From the IMG/VR virus record IMGVR_UViG_3300042923_000281, positions 62,001-126,000 of that record: a stretch of 64,000 nt of DNA; one strand, given 5' to 3'. This document shows, one piece after another, positions 63,320-64,000 of the stretch; within the stretch, counting starts at the first letter, position 1, and the number at the start of each line of letters is the position of its first letter. The notes beneath the pieces are model-generated. The model saw only the letters and a program-made list of their open reading frames with translations. It made no database searches and was not told the DNA's origin. The position numbers were made by a program, and so were the translations under genes.

Positions 63320-64000
63320 TTATAGAACGCCTGGACCACCGAGCACAAGCAGCGAGCCTTCAAAGTCCAAGTAGTAGGACCAGTAGGGTGCAACCGTGTT
63401 CTTGTAGAGACGCCCTGGGGTCATCACATCAGGGTTGGTGAACTTCCCTGCATTGACCCACGAGCTTGTGGTAGCGTTCCAACGCCACACCGTTTTATCA
63501 CGGCTGTCGATGATGTCACGCTTGGCCACCGGCACTTGCAGGTTCTTCCACGTAGCTGCTGGTTGAGACACAGCAATGTAACCAATCTGGCACGGAGACT
63601 GGAACATGACCGGGATGTCAACCGTGGCGAAGATAGGGTTCGGCCATGGAGTACCGTCTGCCTGTGTGGCAGTGATTTCCAATTGGTTAGTCTTCTTGCG
63701 AACGACCTTGACCTTGATGCCCGCTTGCAGAGGCCCAGCCGCTGCCCACGTTTGACGAGGAATACCCAACTCCTGAGACCACAACGGAACAGCGCCGTTA
63801 GCAGCGCCTTGGTTATAGTTCACACCGCACCAAATGACTGGTGTTTTGGTTTCGTCGTAGTTGCCCGCTGGGAGCATACCGCCGCCGCTGACCAAGACTG
63901 TCAAGGTGTACTCTCGACCATTGGCTCGCTTGAATGCCGCGCACATGCCGATGGTGTCGTCATCACCACCCGTTGACTTCATGATGGTTTCGAAGGTGTA
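63320..64000 (-). CDS. C-terminal part of a tail-fibre/tail-tip protein (partial, runs off window)
   Basis: Open frame to window edge; DDD.IG lectin-like beta domain and W.WN....W...GRLYKN C-terminus typical of phiKZ-family fibres. Confidence 0.6.
   Translation of the reverse strand, partial: YTFETIMKSTGGDDDTIGMCAAFKRANGREYTLTVLVSGGGMLPAGNYDETKTPVIWCGVNYNQGAANGAVPLWSQELGIPRQTWAAAGPLQAGIKVKVVRKKTNQLEITATQADGTPWPNPIFATVDIPVMFQSPCQIGYIAVSQPAATWKNLQVPVAKRDIIDSRDKTVWRWNATTSSWVNAGKFTNPDVMTPGRLYKNTVAPYWSYYLDFEGSLLVLGGPGVL

Noticed and set aside
1-64000. tRNA, tmRNA, RNase P, rRNA or hammerhead genes
   Set aside because: No T-arm/CCA, tmRNA ends, GAGGAAAGUCC or intergenic CUGAUGA...GAAA cores recognised by eye; not excluded without cmscan.
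1-64000. Naming the exact phage or species
   Set aside because: Family-level placement is supported by gene content and order; species identity needs a database search.

Overview
The window is part of a phiKZ-like (Chimalliviridae-type, nucleus-forming) jumbo phage genome. The host is most likely a Pseudomonas, because a phage protein is nearly identical at its N-terminus to the Pseudomonas regulator AmrZ. Core block (about 5-26 kb): putative portal with a very long acidic Pro/Asp tail, baseplate/virion proteins, a RuvC-like resolvase, a CYTH protein, a non-virion RNA polymerase beta fragment, the major capsid protein and a DnaB-like helicase, in the phiKZ gp118-gp129-like order as I recall it. 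Nucleotide-metabolism block (29-37 kb): DHH phosphoesterase, dCTP deaminase and NrdAB. This is followed by virion/tail-fibre-associated genes, a head protein and an SF2 helicase. Two accessory regions (0-5 kb and 45-64 kb) are mostly minus-strand. They carry membrane microproteins, a spanin pair, two ribbon-helix-helix proteins (an AmrZ chimera and a KPAA-rich histone-like one), an ART-fold candidate, an Ntn-peptidase near an AAA+ ATPase, and two Nudix enzymes. The most unusual non-coding signals are three structured intergenic units (about 870, 430 and 450 nt), each lying between a promoter-like motif and a terminator. There is also a six-copy bipartite promoter motif and hairpin terminators with conserved TTTATGCCG or TTTTTTCTTTG tails. 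No tRNA, rRNA or CRISPR array was recognised. All assignments come from reading motifs by eye and from recall; no searches were run.
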